Assembly: GCA_964016885.1 (NCBI GenBank)
Contig: OZ024743.1
Location: forward strand, 147,994,001-148,058,000
Direction of reading: 5' to 3'
Source: Eledone cirrhosa
Taxonomy: Eukaryota
DNA length: 64,000 bases
Below are positions 13,260 to 25,280 of this stretch, in pieces. A program made the position numbers and the translations under genes. The number at the start of each line of letters is the position of its first letter. Positions within the stretch are counted from its first letter, which is position 1. Below the pieces are notes generated by a model. It had not been told where the DNA came from and did no database searches. It saw only the letters and a list, made by a program, of their open reading frames with translations.

Positions 13260-16100
13260 GTGAGTGTCTGGCTCCTACGCTTCGAGGTTCGTAGATGTTG
13301 TCGGGGGAATATGATGCGACATTCAAATGCTGTCTGGACTGATGTTAGGGCTCTGCCTCCACGCTTACGTTTTAAGTAAAGGCGGTCTATGTCACTGTTG
13401 ATGTGGACATTTCCGGCGTTGTCTAGTATTATTCGAGTTCTAACACCAATTGCTCGGATTTCGTCTATCGTCCAATTGAGTATTCCAAACGTTGGTGTTA
13501 GGACAGGCACAGCAAACACACCGTGAGCCACTGTTTTGTTTTGCGCAGAGAGTTCCGATGACCAAATCTTTCTTAATCGGGTGTAGTATTTCCTGGTTAC
13601 GCGTTCTTTATTACAGATACCATTATAGGTTATGTTATCATCTATCCCCAGGTATCTGTAGCAGTCCTCATCAGATATTGGTGAAACAGTTAGGCCATGG
13701 ATGACAATGTTGCTAGATTGGATTGTGTTTTTCCCCGCTTTAAAGTAATATATGAGCATTTATCTTGGCCAAACTCCATTTCTATATCCTTTGAGCATGT
13801 TGTAACCAGATCAAGATTTTTCTTCATACCATCTATATTCTTGGCATAGAGTTTCAAATCATCCACAAAGAAATTATGTGTTAGGTTCGTATTTCTGTCC
13901 TCCTGTGAGCCAATGATGTATCCTTCACATTTCTTGAGCAGAAAGGGCAAGGGGTTTAATGACAGGACATATAATATCACAGAAATACTTTCACCTTGAA
14001 ATATACCCCTGTGGTATTCTATTTTATTCAGTGGAAATAGAGTCCTCCTTCTCTGTCTTTAACTTTAGGATAGTAGCCCAAGAAGAAGACAGCTTCTCTA
14101 TGGCTCTGATAATAATGTCTGGGACTTTAGTAAGTCGGAGGGCCTCTATCATCCAAGAGTGGGAGCAGAATCGAAAGCTTTCCTGTAGTCCAGCCAGCCT
14201 GTAGCCATATTCCTCCTAAGTTGTCGCACCTCTGACATCACAGTTTTGTTGATAAGGAGTTGTTTAGCACATCCTCAAACATTTTTCTTTCCAGCTGCTT
14301 GTTCATATGTGATGATGTTATTATGTTCACAGTGACCGTGGAGGAATAGGTTCAGGCAGGCTGTATACATCTTATACATCAGGTTCTCGCATGCAATGGG
14401 ACGGTAGTTTTTTGCCAAGTGGGTCCCTTAAGAACTTGTTGGTGGAGGTCGGTAAGATACTTCCGATCGAATAATAGTTTTTGTACCAGTAGCCGACAAT
14501 CATGTCTCTTCCTGGTGTTTTCTTATCTTGGAGTTTTCCTATCACAGTCCCAAGGGTACGTACACTCACTTATTTCGTATGTTTCTGTTGTAATGTAGGA
14601 GCAATAGTTATTTTGGATTTCTTTTAGCTACACTATATCTTGGTTGAAATTCTACTTTTCACCCCATATTTTTCTCCAAAAAGAATCTATATCTTTCTGG
14701 GATGGAGCCTTAGTGACACTTATTATTTTGTCCTTCCTATCTATATAGACTAATGTTTGGTTTCGTCTGTATCTTTTATTAAGCACTTTTCTTTCATCTA
14801 CCTTCTTCAGGTATCGGCGTTTTTCGCTGACAACTCTCAATTCTTGTTTGAGGGTGATCAGCTTATATTGAAGAGTTCTGGTTCTACTGTTACCAAACAT
14901 CGTCTCTATTTTATTTTTCACTCTTCGTTGGTGAGGAGTGAAGTTTTTTTTGTGTGTTTTTCCATGTAAGGAGCATTGTCACATACCCTATGGTTTTTCG
15001 TAGGTCAGCAATCTTTTTTTCTATTTTAGTTATATATGATGTTATTTTTGGTGGTGTTTTGTTCTCTGCTATCGCCAAGATAATGATTCACTGTCGTTTC
15101 TAAGGCATATAAACAGGCGTTGATTTGCCAAATATTCATCCCCTATTTCGTCAATAACACGTAATATTTCATTATTTATTTTTGTTTTTTTTATTAAATA
15201 TTGTTGTTTTAATACGTTCAGCAAAAGAAATGTTTATACATGAATTAATTTTTCTCTTGAAGATTTCGTTGAGGGAAATTTTCAATTGTTTATACTTTTG
15301 ATTATTATCATTATCGATAGTATTTTCCACGACAGTGGAGGTACACTCGGATGGTCCATGTGGTGTCAAATTTCTTCGATTATTATTATTATCGATAATA
15401 TTTTCCACGACAGTCGAGGTAGACTCAAATGGTACACGTGGTGTCAAATTTCTTACATTATTATCATTATTTCTTCGATTATTATTATTATCGATAGTGT
15501 TTTCCTCAGCATTCGAGGTAGATTTCAATGGTACACGTGGTGTCAAATTTCTTAGAGGTATAGTTGTTTGAAGGCACTGTTCGACCTGGCTACTAGGAAG
15601 TCTAGTAACATGGTGACCTGTAGCACGTGTTGTTGATAATATGTTTGTTGTGGAGGACTTAAAATTAATAATATTTATCTTATTCTTACGTTCAACAAAC
15701 GTCGCTTGTTGGCGTAATTGTTTCGCTGTGAAATAATTTAGCTCTGGGTGCATTTCGTCCCAATGTAGCTTCAATCTGTTCATATAGCCAATGGGGGGAT
15801 TGTTTTTGCCATTTTATAACAATTAAATAAATCATCATTAAGTTCACAACTCCAAGAGAAATGCGATTTATAATTTAAGTTTCTTCTGTAGCTACAACTG
15901 AATAAAGTTTGTTTACATTTTCGTTGGTTTTCTTCGGTACTTCTTTAATGTTGTTGATGTTGTTCAGCCATGCTGTTTGTAGCAGATCCTTGTAAAATGA
16001 ATCATGTATTTAGTCGGATATTTCTTCGAATTCGAATAAAATGTGTCTTCAGTGGATATAGTTAGAAGAAAACCAGTTATTCAACATGACTGGTAGTTGT
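13260..16100 (-). mobile_element. Decayed R4/Dong-like (RLE-clade) non-LTR retrotransposon, 3' part lost at a (CA)/(GACA)n tract
   Basis: KTPGRDMIVGYWYK, YVLSLNPL, THNFFVDDLKLYAK, YRYLGI, SDIDRLYLKRKRGGRAL; N-terminal HWDEMHPE..TAKQLRQQA motif. Confidence 0.8.
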
Positions 16101-16273
16101 GGCATTACTGTCGGAGATAGTATTCATCTTAAATGTAATGAATAGTCTCCAACACCAAAATATGCGATTGATCACGTTGACTGATCGCGTATGTATGTAT
16201 GTATGTATGTATGTATGTATGTATGTATGTATGTATGTATGTATGTATGTATGTATGTATGTATGTATTTATG

Positions 16274-16305
<32 letters not shown>

Positions 16306-16873
16306 CATGTATGTATGTATGTGTGTGTGTGTATGTGTGTGTGTATGTATAGAAATTGTGCGTATATTGTTATAATGTTAATGGAAGTAATAATACCGTC
16401 TATTGGAAAATAGAAAGTTTAAAAGTTTTTTCGATCTTTCTTTTGAGACCTGTTAGGTTTTTCAATTCAGCAAAATAAAAATAAAACAATTATAAAATGA
16501 TTAATAAAGATACTAATCGTTCAACTTCTTTTATTTCACGATCGTCACAGAAGATACAATCTTCATATGTCTACCGTCTACTTCAGAGAGATCTAACTCC
16601 TTTATATATTTGAAATATAAAATAAAGAATTAAATGTAAAAATAAAAATGTATTTAACAGATACAAATTGATACACAATCTAAAGTATGATCTTCATGAG
16701 AAAGCTTAAAATATTTTTACAAGTAACTCTACTTTCTTGGAGGTATTGAACGCAAAATAATTCCTTTTCGGTCTTTTACTAACACGGTGCCTTTCCGCTG
16801 ACATGTTATTATGTCGAAATTATAATAAATTGTGGCTAATAAATTATATAAATATAGAGAACGGTAGAAATTA

Positions 16874-17040
16874 CCGTATTTCCCGGTGCCGTAGACGCTT
16901 CGGCCTCGACGACGTACCCTAATTTTGACAACCAAAATTTGAAAAAGTATAATGAACAACCTTCGGCCTCCTGGACGCAGGGTAAATTTTTGAGACTTAT
17001 TTTAGGAAAAAAGTAGCGTCTTCGACGCCGGGAAATACGG
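16874..17040. mobile_element. MITE of the Tc1/mariner-pogo type
   Basis: 26-bp TIRs CCGTATTTCCCGGYGYCGWAGACGCT (3 mismatches), flanked by TA at 16872-16873 and 17041-17042; 167 bp, non-coding. Confidence 0.88.
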
Positions 17041-17929
17041 TAAACAAAGCAACCTAGTGGCGAATTGTTTTCTACATTGTAGGATTTAAAAATAATTGTT
17101 AGTAAGGGTCCTGCAGTAGACGCCTTTACTGTCTCTATGCGAATTGTCCCTCCTGTTTGTACCACGAATGCAAGAATAAAATCTCATTTCCAAGCCAGCG
17201 TTTGTACGCCACCTTGGTTCTCGGCTAGCATCTTTAACCTCCTAATTGGACAAGGGTTTTCTCTTGCATCAAGCGCCACACCGAAAATCTTCCACCCACA
17301 GCTGAAACTGCCGAGCTGAACAGCCTCTACTCCATTCAATGTCTTCAGTTTGTTTAGTTATAAGAATGCCCACCCACAGAACTGTAGTCAATGTTGTCAC
17401 CACACATGAATATTGGAGTTTTCATCCTGCATCCTTAATATACGGTACCAGAACCACTGAACTTTGTTGAGGAAATGCCGACTATGTAGCTCCTGCTTCT
17501 GAACGCTTTCGGTTTTCGTTGTACTCTACCATTGTGAGAATATCCCCCACTTCGCTTGACATGTGACATGTCTATTGCCATTTTACGGAATTAGACGGAG
17601 AATGCAATATATTTGTCGAGCAAGCTCATTTACCTAAGGCTTGAACGCGCCCTAAGCAAAGGATCAACCGGTATGATTGCTTCAATTGAATCTGACATAC
17701 GCCAGTGTTTTAGTGGTCTTATTCGTATCAGTCACCAATTTGGTAATTTTCTCAGACGCGAGAAAACGAGACTTCTTCAGAGATGAATATAACGATATGG
17801 TCAATCTTTGTGGTTATGATGGAAACCGACTTTAGATCAGCACATAAAATATTTTGGCAGATCATCCGTTGACTTTGTAATAATAAATTACCCACCATCA
17901 TACTCTTAGTAAATCTTTCATATGACCTC

Positions 17930-19110
17930 TATCTGAAGATAGGTGTACCCCCTTGAGTTGGAGAGAATACTTTGCTGATCTCTTAAATCCAGTTACATAA
18001 GATATATATGAGATGCAGCTAAAGACTGAGGCTCCCAGAGAAATGAAAGAACTCAAATGTAGCAATGCCTCTGACGAGAGAAAATATGACCCTAGATGTT
18101 AAAAGCCTTACATATAGGAGCTATACACTAGCTGACATGTGCGTGTCGGTTGATATGGATCTCTGGAAAAGCACGAAAACTAAAAAGGTGAAAATAAAGA
18201 TTGCTCAAATTATAGAAGAATCTCCTTCTTAAGCTTAGTCGATAAAATCTATGCTTAGTGACTGGCAAAGAGAAATAGGCATATAGTTGTGTTTAAGCTA
18301 GCTGAATAGTATGGAGTTTGTCCAAGATGTAGCACAGCCAACCAAATATTCATTCTGTGACATAAATTGTGTGAGTATTGACATAGTAAATGTTTGATTT
18401 GTGAACTCAAAAAAGCAGGCAATCACATTCAAAAGGACTTGTGGAAGTTTCTCCTGGAGTATGTGATCGATAGACAACTGGAAGTCCCTTTACAAGGGAT
18501 TAGTATTTGTGTTCGGATAAATGGCGCTAATTCAAATGCATTCAGTGTGGCTGTCGGATCCGCCATCATGAATGAATTTGATATGCGCATCTGGGCTGGA
18601 CGTGATATCAAAACCGGTAGGTTTAGAATAAGTCAATCTGCAGATGACATGGTACTAGTTATCTCGTTGGAAGATGATCGCTGACATGCATGGGATAGAT
18701 TTGCTTCTGAATATTGTACGACAGGAAAAAAATTAGTTCTTCGAAGACAGACACTTGTCATATCAGGAAAGCCTACGCAATGCACTCTATATGTAAGTGG
18801 ATTACCAATCATGCAGGGGGAGTTCAAGAATTTCGGGAAGTTTTCTTGGGTGGTGGAAAGCAAGAGGCTGAATCAACTGCAGGAATTGCAGTTGCAGGTG
18901 CAGGAAGGTGAGAGCTTCAGCACACGGTCATCAGAGGAAGGGAGGTAGGTGTAAAAGCCAAACTCGCTATCTTCAATTCGATGTTCGTTCCTACGCTTAC
19001 TTATGGTCATGAACGTTGTGTAATGATCGATAGAATGTCAGAGTGAATGTAGGCTGCTAAAACGGAATTTTGCGAAGGGTGTTTGGGGTAACATTATTCG
19101 AGAGGTTATT
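17930..19110 (+). mobile_element. Heavily decayed RTE-clade LINE RT fragment
   Basis: Relict motifs WREYFADLLNP, STANQIFIL, VRINGANSNAFSVAVG, ADDMVLV, KLAIFNSMFVPTLTYGHE in shifting frames. Confidence 0.7.
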
Positions 19111-19412
19111 TTTGCTAATCCCAACAAACCTTTCTTCATTTTTAATAATCTCCTTCACACTCACCTTCACATATATCACCTGCAGCCACTGACAAGCTAA
19201 AACTATTATCATATTTTTCACACTGCCCTATCCTCCTCCCATTGGCACTACCGTCCTGTCCACTCAATTTTAATCTCTGATCCTCAATTAATTCCTCACC
19301 CGTGAGCCTTCGATTATTATATTGTGTCTGCTTTTGAATAATAGTTCTTGTTTGTTGACCCTGTGATAAACAGGCGAATCTCCAGAGTAACAAGACCTCG
19401 CTGTTTAGTCTT

Positions 19413-19418
19413 AATAAA

Positions 19419-19466
<48 letters not shown>
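19413..19466. repeat. (AAT)n tract, 3' tail/target of Tx1-like copy A; further (AAT)n spacers at 25495-25518, 31541-31588, 37472-37561, 37990-38016, 39441-39461
   Basis: Direct reading of the sequence at each element junction. Confidence 0.95.
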
Positions 19467-19468
<2 letters not shown>

Positions 19469-19728
19469 TTTCTTTATTAACCACAAGGGTTTACATAAAG
19501 TAGACATTAAGGACAGTGCAGGACAATGCAGGACGGTACAAATGGGCATTTCTGCGTGTAAAAAAACAAAAACAGAGGATGTAACAAAAATAACAATGAA
19601 AATAACAATGAAAAATTCCCCAATAGGGGGGAGACTTCGGAGGGACATTTGTGGAGAAAGCCCAGTAAAAAGCCACAATGACCCTGACCACCAAGGCAAG
19701 TGCCCTCTCCCAGTTTTCCACCTTTAGT

Positions 19729-22700
19729 TTACAGATATATACTCAGAGTCGGCCCATTCACTCGGGCCATTCTTGCTTCTCTCACCCATCTTTCAACAAA
19801 ATGCTGGGAAGAGAGCACTTCCTTCTCTACTCTGATTTTCCTTTTCAAATGAAATTTGAAAAAGTCAATCAGAGCATCACCGAAGAGGTAAGTGCTCGTC
19901 TTCAGCCCTTTCAAACGTGTCCACCATACTATCTCTTTCGCCATGGCCACCAGACAGATAAAAACTGCCTGCCCTTCCCGGCTAAAGGAGGAGGGCGGGG
20001 CAATCCTCACGATAGACTCAGATGATAGCTGGATCCGTCCTAAACGCGACAGCAGGTGTTCGACATAAACCCACAAGTCAGCAATTTTCGGACACTGGAC
20101 GAGTGCGTGCAGGACGGTTTCGTCGCCCTGCGCGCATCTCGGACATGCCCGGCTGACGGCACCTCCATGCCTGTAGAGTTTATCCCGAACTGGCAAGGCT
20201 CCTCGGTAGCACTGCCAGGCCAGAGATTTCTGGAAGTTGTCCATAGGCCCTGGCCCGAAAGTTCTTCCGAAGAGATTGGCTAGTTGATTTTCGTCGACGC
20301 CTAGAGTTTCCCCAAGTACGTCGTCGCTCTTCCCCTCCACTAATCCTCTATAGAACGCCGAGGTGGAGTTTCCACCGATCACATTGCCCGATTGGTCGAG
20401 GGCTGTGAGCGCCTGAAGACATTCCAGTCTCCAGGCGCTCCCTCTCGGTCTTCGCTTGACCCAGGACTGCAGCTCCGTCAAGGAAACGAGCTGGGGAAAA
20501 ACGCGTCTAGCAAACGGCGACCACACCTGATCACCGTCGAGGAAGAGGTGTATATGTCGTAGCCTGAGCGCGTGCCTGCGCATCATCAGCCACGGCATGC
20601 CCAGCCCTCCACGTAGCGGGTGTTGACAACAGATGGACCGCCTGACCATCGGAGCACGTCCCTTCCACAAAAAGCGAAAGAGCAAACGCTCCAGCGCAGT
20701 CAGGCGAGGCTTAGGACAAGGTACGACGGTTAGGCGGTAGCAGATGACAGACGCGATGTACGCGTTAGCCACCTCCGCTCGACCTTTCAGGGATAGCTTC
20801 CTCTCCGCCCATTTCTGGGTGAGAGAAGCCACCCTGCTCGTCACCTCGTCCCAGTTTTTGTCCGTCTGGAGGTCCGGACCGAACCAGACCCCTAGCAATT
20901 TAACCGGTCCGTCCGTCCAGCGCCCGACGACGCTGTTGGACGGCATGGACCTGCCTCTCCAGGTGCCGAGCTGCAGGCCCACTGACTTTTCCTGGTTGAT
21001 CATTGCTCCTGTCACCGCTTCGTATTCTCTTAGTGTAGTGCCGATCGCCTCGATGTGTTTGGCGTTCGACACCACTACGGTGACATCGTCCGCATATGCT
21101 GACACGGATCTTCCGCATCCTAGTTCGCGCGGGACTCCCCTCAACGTCTCCAGTTTGTGCAGTAATGGCTCGAGAGTCAATACGTACAAGAGGGACGAGA
21201 GGGGACATCCTTGGCGGACCGAGCGCATGATGTTGAACGGTTCCGACAGGTGACCGTTCACTCTCACCACAGAGCAGATGTCGCTGTGCATGGCAGCGAT
21301 CCAGCCTCTGAAGACGGGCCCAAAGCCAGCCGCCCTCAGGACTGCCGCTAGGTAACGATGGTCGACCCTATCGAAAGCTTTCGACTGATCTAAATTGATC
21401 AAGGACCCACCCGTGCCAGGTTCCCTAGCTACCCTCTCTACGATGTATCGCATGAGGTGGAGGTTGTCGTGGATGGATCTGTCGGGAATGGCGCATGTCT
21501 GCGCCTCTCCCACCAGACCACCAACGACAAGCGCCAACCTCTTTGCTAGCACCTTGGCCAAAATCTTAAACTCTGTGTTTAGCAGAGTTATGGGCCGGAA
21601 ATTGTCTATGTTATCCCCCTTGTTCGGATCCTTTCTCAGCAGTGCCACCGCTCCTCGGCTCACAGAACTGGGAATTCTCCCGTTCTGTTGCCAGTTGCAG
21701 TAGACGTCCGCCAAGAGGCCTCCGAACAAGTCTGGCATCTGTACGTAAAGTTCATAGGGCAGACCATCCAAACCAGGCGATTTACCCCTTGTGCAGCCAG
21801 TCATTGCCTCCCGTACTTCAGCGGCTGTTATCGGCTTTTCGCAACACTTCGCCTCAGTGGCCGAGAGCCGCGGCAGTCCGTCGAGGTAGACACTAAAGTC
21901 CATCCCTCTACCCGGCCCCCCGCTGCCCCCGAACAGCTGAGCGAAGTGTCGCTGAAAAGCTTCACACATTTGCCCGGGATCGAGTAGCATGCGCCCGTCG
22001 TGGTCCACCAAAGACCGGATCGTGGCTTTGTTGCCACGACGCGCCTCCGCCACTCGGGCCCATTGAACGGCTTTCGTCCCCTCGTGTCTGAGAGCACGCA
22101 CCCTAGCTCTGACAACGCAGCCTTCGTGCTTTGCATTGAAGAATTGGTCAAGGGCCAATTTCGCCGCAAGCACGTCGGTCGCAATGCCTTTGCTAAGCGC
22201 CTCGTCTAATTTTCTAACTAGTTCTCCCTCTGCTCTATTTTTCTCTATTGCTAAAGCCTTACTAAACCTAATCGATTCTATTCTAATCGCTCTTTTCAGA
22301 GCAAACCACCACTTGTTGTTGACGATGGCCCCCGTCAACGCCCGCTTAACTAGTTCGCTAATCCGGTCTCTGTAGGCCTTGCGCGCTGGTAAGGACGCGT
22401 TTAGCTTCCAGTAGCCGGGTCCTCGTCTATGAAGCCTATCTAAGTCAAGCACACAGGTCACGAATTTGTGGTCCGTGTAGCTGACTATCTTGAATTGTGG
22501 ACAGCCTATGCTAGACCTATCTATTTCCCTACAAAATACTCTATCTAGATATGATCTGGATGACCCTATGCGGTTTGTCCAAGTCCACATTGGCACATTC
22601 GGGAAATCCAATCGGTACCTGTCAGACAGTTCAAAACGCCTGAGCAGGTTGGTGAGGCTCTTGCACCCTCCACCCCTATCCGCTAATCCCACACAGTCCC

Positions 22701-23148
22701 AGCGTGCATCTAAGATCCCGTTCCAGTCGCCCACTAACACTAAAGAGCGGGACGTTCCAAGAAAGGTCTCCAGACGCCGGAAGAAATCAGGCCGCCCTGC
22801 TCCTGTCGGGGCATAGACGGCCACTAGCCTGAAAGCTTGCCCGTCTCCGCTGGTCACGTCCAGCACCACCAGCTTACCCTCTGGGTCCAGGAAGATGGCC
22901 CGTATGGCGAGATCCAAACCTCTCCGAAAAAGCACAGCAACTCCTCCACCGGATCCAGGACGGCTGGGAGATGCGTACACATCGTAGCCGCCGAAGATCG
23001 GTGCGAAGGCCCGTGCTTCGGAGATTCTGGTCTCGCTGATGGCCACTACATCTATGTTTAGTGACCTGAGGTCGTTGAGCAGGTGACCCTGCTTCCATGA
23101 CGACCCCAAGCCACGCGCATTTATGCTGCCTATTCTGAGTGAGGTCAT
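19729..23148 (-). CDS. ORF2: APE endonuclease - reverse transcriptase - C-terminal zinc-binding (zf-RVT-like) domain, 1139 aa
   Basis: APE motifs SINARG, ISETR, VYAP, GDWN, YLDRVF, TDH; RT motifs KSPGLDG, FRPITLLN, LDQSKAFDRV, QGCPLS, YADD; CPRC..ETVLHALVQC. Confidence 0.96.
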   Translation of the reverse strand: MTSLRIGSINARGLGSSWKQGHLLNDLRSLNIDVVAISETRISEARAFAPIFGGYDVYASPSRPGSGGGVAVLFRRGLDLAIRAIFLDPEGKLVVLDVTSGDGQAFRLVAVYAPTGAGRPDFFRRLETFLGTSRSLVLVGDWNGILDARWDCVGLADRGGGCKSLTNLLRRFELSDRYRLDFPNVPMWTWTNRIGSSRSYLDRVFCREIDRSSIGCPQFKIVSYTDHKFVTCVLDLDRLHRRGPGYWKLNASLPARKAYRDRISELVKRALTGAIVNNKWWFALKRAIRIESIRFSKALAIEKNRAEGELVRKLDEALSKGIATDVLAAKLALDQFFNAKHEGCVVRARVRALRHEGTKAVQWARVAEARRGNKATIRSLVDHDGRMLLDPGQMCEAFQRHFAQLFGGSGGPGRGMDFSVYLDGLPRLSATEAKCCEKPITAAEVREAMTGCTRGKSPGLDGLPYELYVQMPDLFGGLLADVYCNWQQNGRIPSSVSRGAVALLRKDPNKGDNIDNFRPITLLNTEFKILAKVLAKRLALVVGGLVGEAQTCAIPDRSIHDNLHLMRYIVERVAREPGTGGSLINLDQSKAFDRVDHRYLAAVLRAAGFGPVFRGWIAAMHSDICSVVRVNGHLSEPFNIMRSVRQGCPLSSLLYVLTLEPLLHKLETLRGVPRELGCGRSVSAYADDVTVVVSNAKHIEAIGTTLREYEAVTGAMINQEKSVGLQLGTWRGRSMPSNSVVGRWTDGPVKLLGVWFGPDLQTDKNWDEVTSRVASLTQKWAERKLSLKGRAEVANAYIASVICYRLTVVPCPKPRLTALERLLFRFLWKGRAPMVRRSICCQHPLRGGLGMPWLMMRRHALRLRHIHLFLDGDQVWSPFARRVFPQLVSLTELQSWVKRRPRGSAWRLECLQALTALDQSGNVIGGNSTSAFYRGLVEGKSDDVLGETLGVDENQLANLFGRTFGPGPMDNFQKSLAWQCYRGALPVRDKLYRHGGAVSRACPRCAQGDETVLHALVQCPKIADLWVYVEHLLSRLGRIQLSSESIVRIAPPSSFSREGQAVFICLVAMAKEIVWWTRLKGLKTSTYLFGDALIDFFKFHLKRKIRVEKEVLSSQHFVERWVREARMARVNGPTLSIYL

Positions 23149-23183
23149 GTTTAAAATAGAGTGGAAAAGATGGGAAAGACCAC

Positions 23184-25280
23184 TTACCGTACTTTTGGTA
23201 GAGGAGGGATGGTTTTTACATCCCTTTTCACTTGATCGTCTGGTGAAGGGACCGTTGAATCGTCCCTTCGGCTGGTCGTCGGCTCTTCTAAGAGAATGTC
23301 TGAATATACTCTTCGATTAATGGTTCCTCCTAGGTCCCTGAAATCACCAACTGCGTTGGGGAATTTCGTTTTAATGTTTGTGTATTGTTTCTGTGCTATT
23401 TTTAGCAGTCTTATGTTAGTTGGCGTTTTGATTGGTGCTGGTATTATGTAGTCCTGTTGTGAAATGTCTGTGTGTTCAATTATGTAAGTCATTAGTTTCT
23501 TGTTGTGTGTGTTTATTGCCGTGCATTTGTTTTTCTGGGGGTGGGGTGTGGTTCTGCTATTTTCTTGTCGTTGTTGCTGGGTGTGTGTGTTTTGTTGTTG
23601 TGTTTGCGATGTTGGTGCTTGTGGTGGTGGTGTTGAAGGTGTTGTTGGCGGTGGGGTTGTTGCCGGTGGTGATGGTGGTGCTGGTGTGGGTGGTGATGGT
23701 GTTGGTGGTGTTGCTGCTGTGGGTCTCTTTGCAGTAGACTTTACCCTTTTCTCATTTCTTTCCTCCCTTTTCAAAGGCGACGATGCGCTGCTTCTGCGTT
23801 TGTGCCTTCTTGCGACCTTTTGCCATCCCTCTCCCACCTCACACTCCATGTCTGATTCTGTAAGGTCGGGGAGGGGTACCAGCTCCACTCTTTCACTTGT
23901 TGTTGTTGGTGATGTTTGCACTGGAGTCTCTGTTGCAGCTGCATTTGGTATTGCTGTTGTTGTTGTTAATATTTCCACTGCTGCTGCTGTCTTTGATTTC
24001 CGTGGAGTGGGTATGGGTGCCACGGACCTATCGTTCCTGGTTGCCGCTTGTCCTGTTGCTGGTAGCCGTGGAGCCGGATTCGGAAGGAGGGGGGTTTTCT
24101 CCTTTCTCAGGGTCTTCTCGTTGCAGAAGGCCCTGAGGTGAGTCTTCGATCCACAGCGAAAGCATTTCGGGCGTTTGCCCTCAACACTTATGGGCAGTTG
24201 AGTGCCGTTATCGAAGTCTATCACATCCGGGATAGCTTCGATGCACTCCTGGTTGGTTTGGATTAGCATCTCAATGGAGGAGCCGACCCAATCTTCTCTT
24301 ACTTTTTTCTGTACTTGCAGTACAGTTGTTTTGTCCTCGATTCCGACGAGGACAGACGCGGCCAGCCAAGAAGGGGTCATTCCGGGGGGGACGTGGGTCA
24401 GTTTGACCCTCACAATTTTTTGCCCGCAGTAGGAGGGCACCAACACCATTTCCTCGCTCCTTAGGGTCACTACTGATTGGGCCTTTGCCTCCTGGGGTGT
24501 GGCAAAAAGTACGTCTACGGTGGCGTATTTTTTGCCTCGGGTGATGTGCGTTTTCCTCTGCCACACAGACCCCAAGGCTTTTTGTATTTGGGCCTCTGTG
24601 GCTCTTTCCACCCTACGGGATTTTGTACTTACTGTACGGTACGTGACCGTACAGTGCTCTTGGGTTTCGAAAAAATTTTTCGCTGCCTTGCAGATTGCTC
24701 GGTGTCCGTTCTTTGTCACCATCTTCTTCGCTTCCTCTAATTCCTCATTTGTTATGAGGATTGTTTCCAAGTTTTTCGCAATACCTGCAAATGAGATTGG
24801 TTTTTCTCTGCTGTTGTTGTTGTCGTCAGAGCTGCTGGTACTTTTGTTGTTGCTGCAGGTACTACGACTACTGCCTCCGCAGCTGTTGCTGTGGTTGTTG
24901 TTGGTGTTGCTGCTGCTAATGCTGTTGTTGTTTATGCTGCTGGTGATGCTGTTGCGGCTGCTACTGTTGTTTTCATTGTCACTGTTGCTGTTGTTATTAC
25001 GGCTGCTACTGCTATTATTCCTGACGTCAGACGAATGAACTGGGTTTTCGTATTTCCCGCACACCTGTTTCGTCGCTGTCGTCGTCGTCGTGGAGAAACC
25101 TTGCACGCTTTGCACGAGACTTTTCTTTTCTTTCGTCGCTTGCGAAAGAGAAGGGAGGGAGAGAGACACATTTAAAGAAGGGAGGGAGAGAGACAATCTT
25201 CTCTCTGCTGTAGTGATGATTGAGGAAGAAGAAGACGGAATGAGTGGGAGTGACGTATGAAATTTCTTTTTCGTAGCCAT
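23184..25280 (-). CDS. ORF1: gag-like nucleic-acid-binding protein with CCHC zinc knuckle, 698 aa
   Basis: Asn/Ser-rich N-terminus, SFA motif, putative RRM-like region, CFRCGSKTHLRAFC (CX2CX4HX4C), Thr/Pro-rich linker with GWQKV, conserved C-terminal block; directly upstream of ORF2. Confidence 0.9.
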   Translation of the reverse strand: MATKKKFHTSLPLIPSSSSSIITTAERRLSLSLPSLNVSLSLPSLSQATKEKKSLVQSVQGFSTTTTTATKQVCGKYENPVHSSDVRNNSSSSRNNNSNSDNENNSSSRNSITSSINNNSISSSNTNNNHSNSCGGSSRSTCSNNKSTSSSDDNNNSREKPISFAGIAKNLETILITNEELEEAKKMVTKNGHRAICKAAKNFFETQEHCTVTYRTVSTKSRRVERATEAQIQKALGSVWQRKTHITRGKKYATVDVLFATPQEAKAQSVVTLRSEEMVLVPSYCGQKIVRVKLTHVPPGMTPSWLAASVLVGIEDKTTVLQVQKKVREDWVGSSIEMLIQTNQECIEAIPDVIDFDNGTQLPISVEGKRPKCFRCGSKTHLRAFCNEKTLRKEKTPLLPNPAPRLPATGQAATRNDRSVAPIPTPRKSKTAAAVEILTTTTAIPNAAATETPVQTSPTTTSERVELVPLPDLTESDMECEVGEGWQKVARRHKRRSSASSPLKREERNEKRVKSTAKRPTAATPPTPSPPTPAPPSPPATTPPPTTPSTPPPQAPTSQTQQQNTHTQQQRQENSRTTPHPQKNKCTAINTHNKKLMTYIIEHTDISQQDYIIPAPIKTPTNIRLLKIAQKQYTNIKTKFPNAVGDFRDLGGTINRRVYSDILLEEPTTSRRDDSTVPSPDDQVKRDVKTIPPLPKVR

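Noticed and set aside
16070-16190. Hairpin-rich 5' flank of the R4/Dong-like element as an HDV-like ribozyme
   Set aside because: Hairpins exist, but the nested double pseudoknot, L3 consensus and catalytic C could not be assigned.
19142-19699. 185-aa minus ORF with poly-Leu resembling a membrane protein
   Set aside because: It runs through the Tx1 3'UTR and the (ATT)n tail; poly-Leu is the microsatellite.
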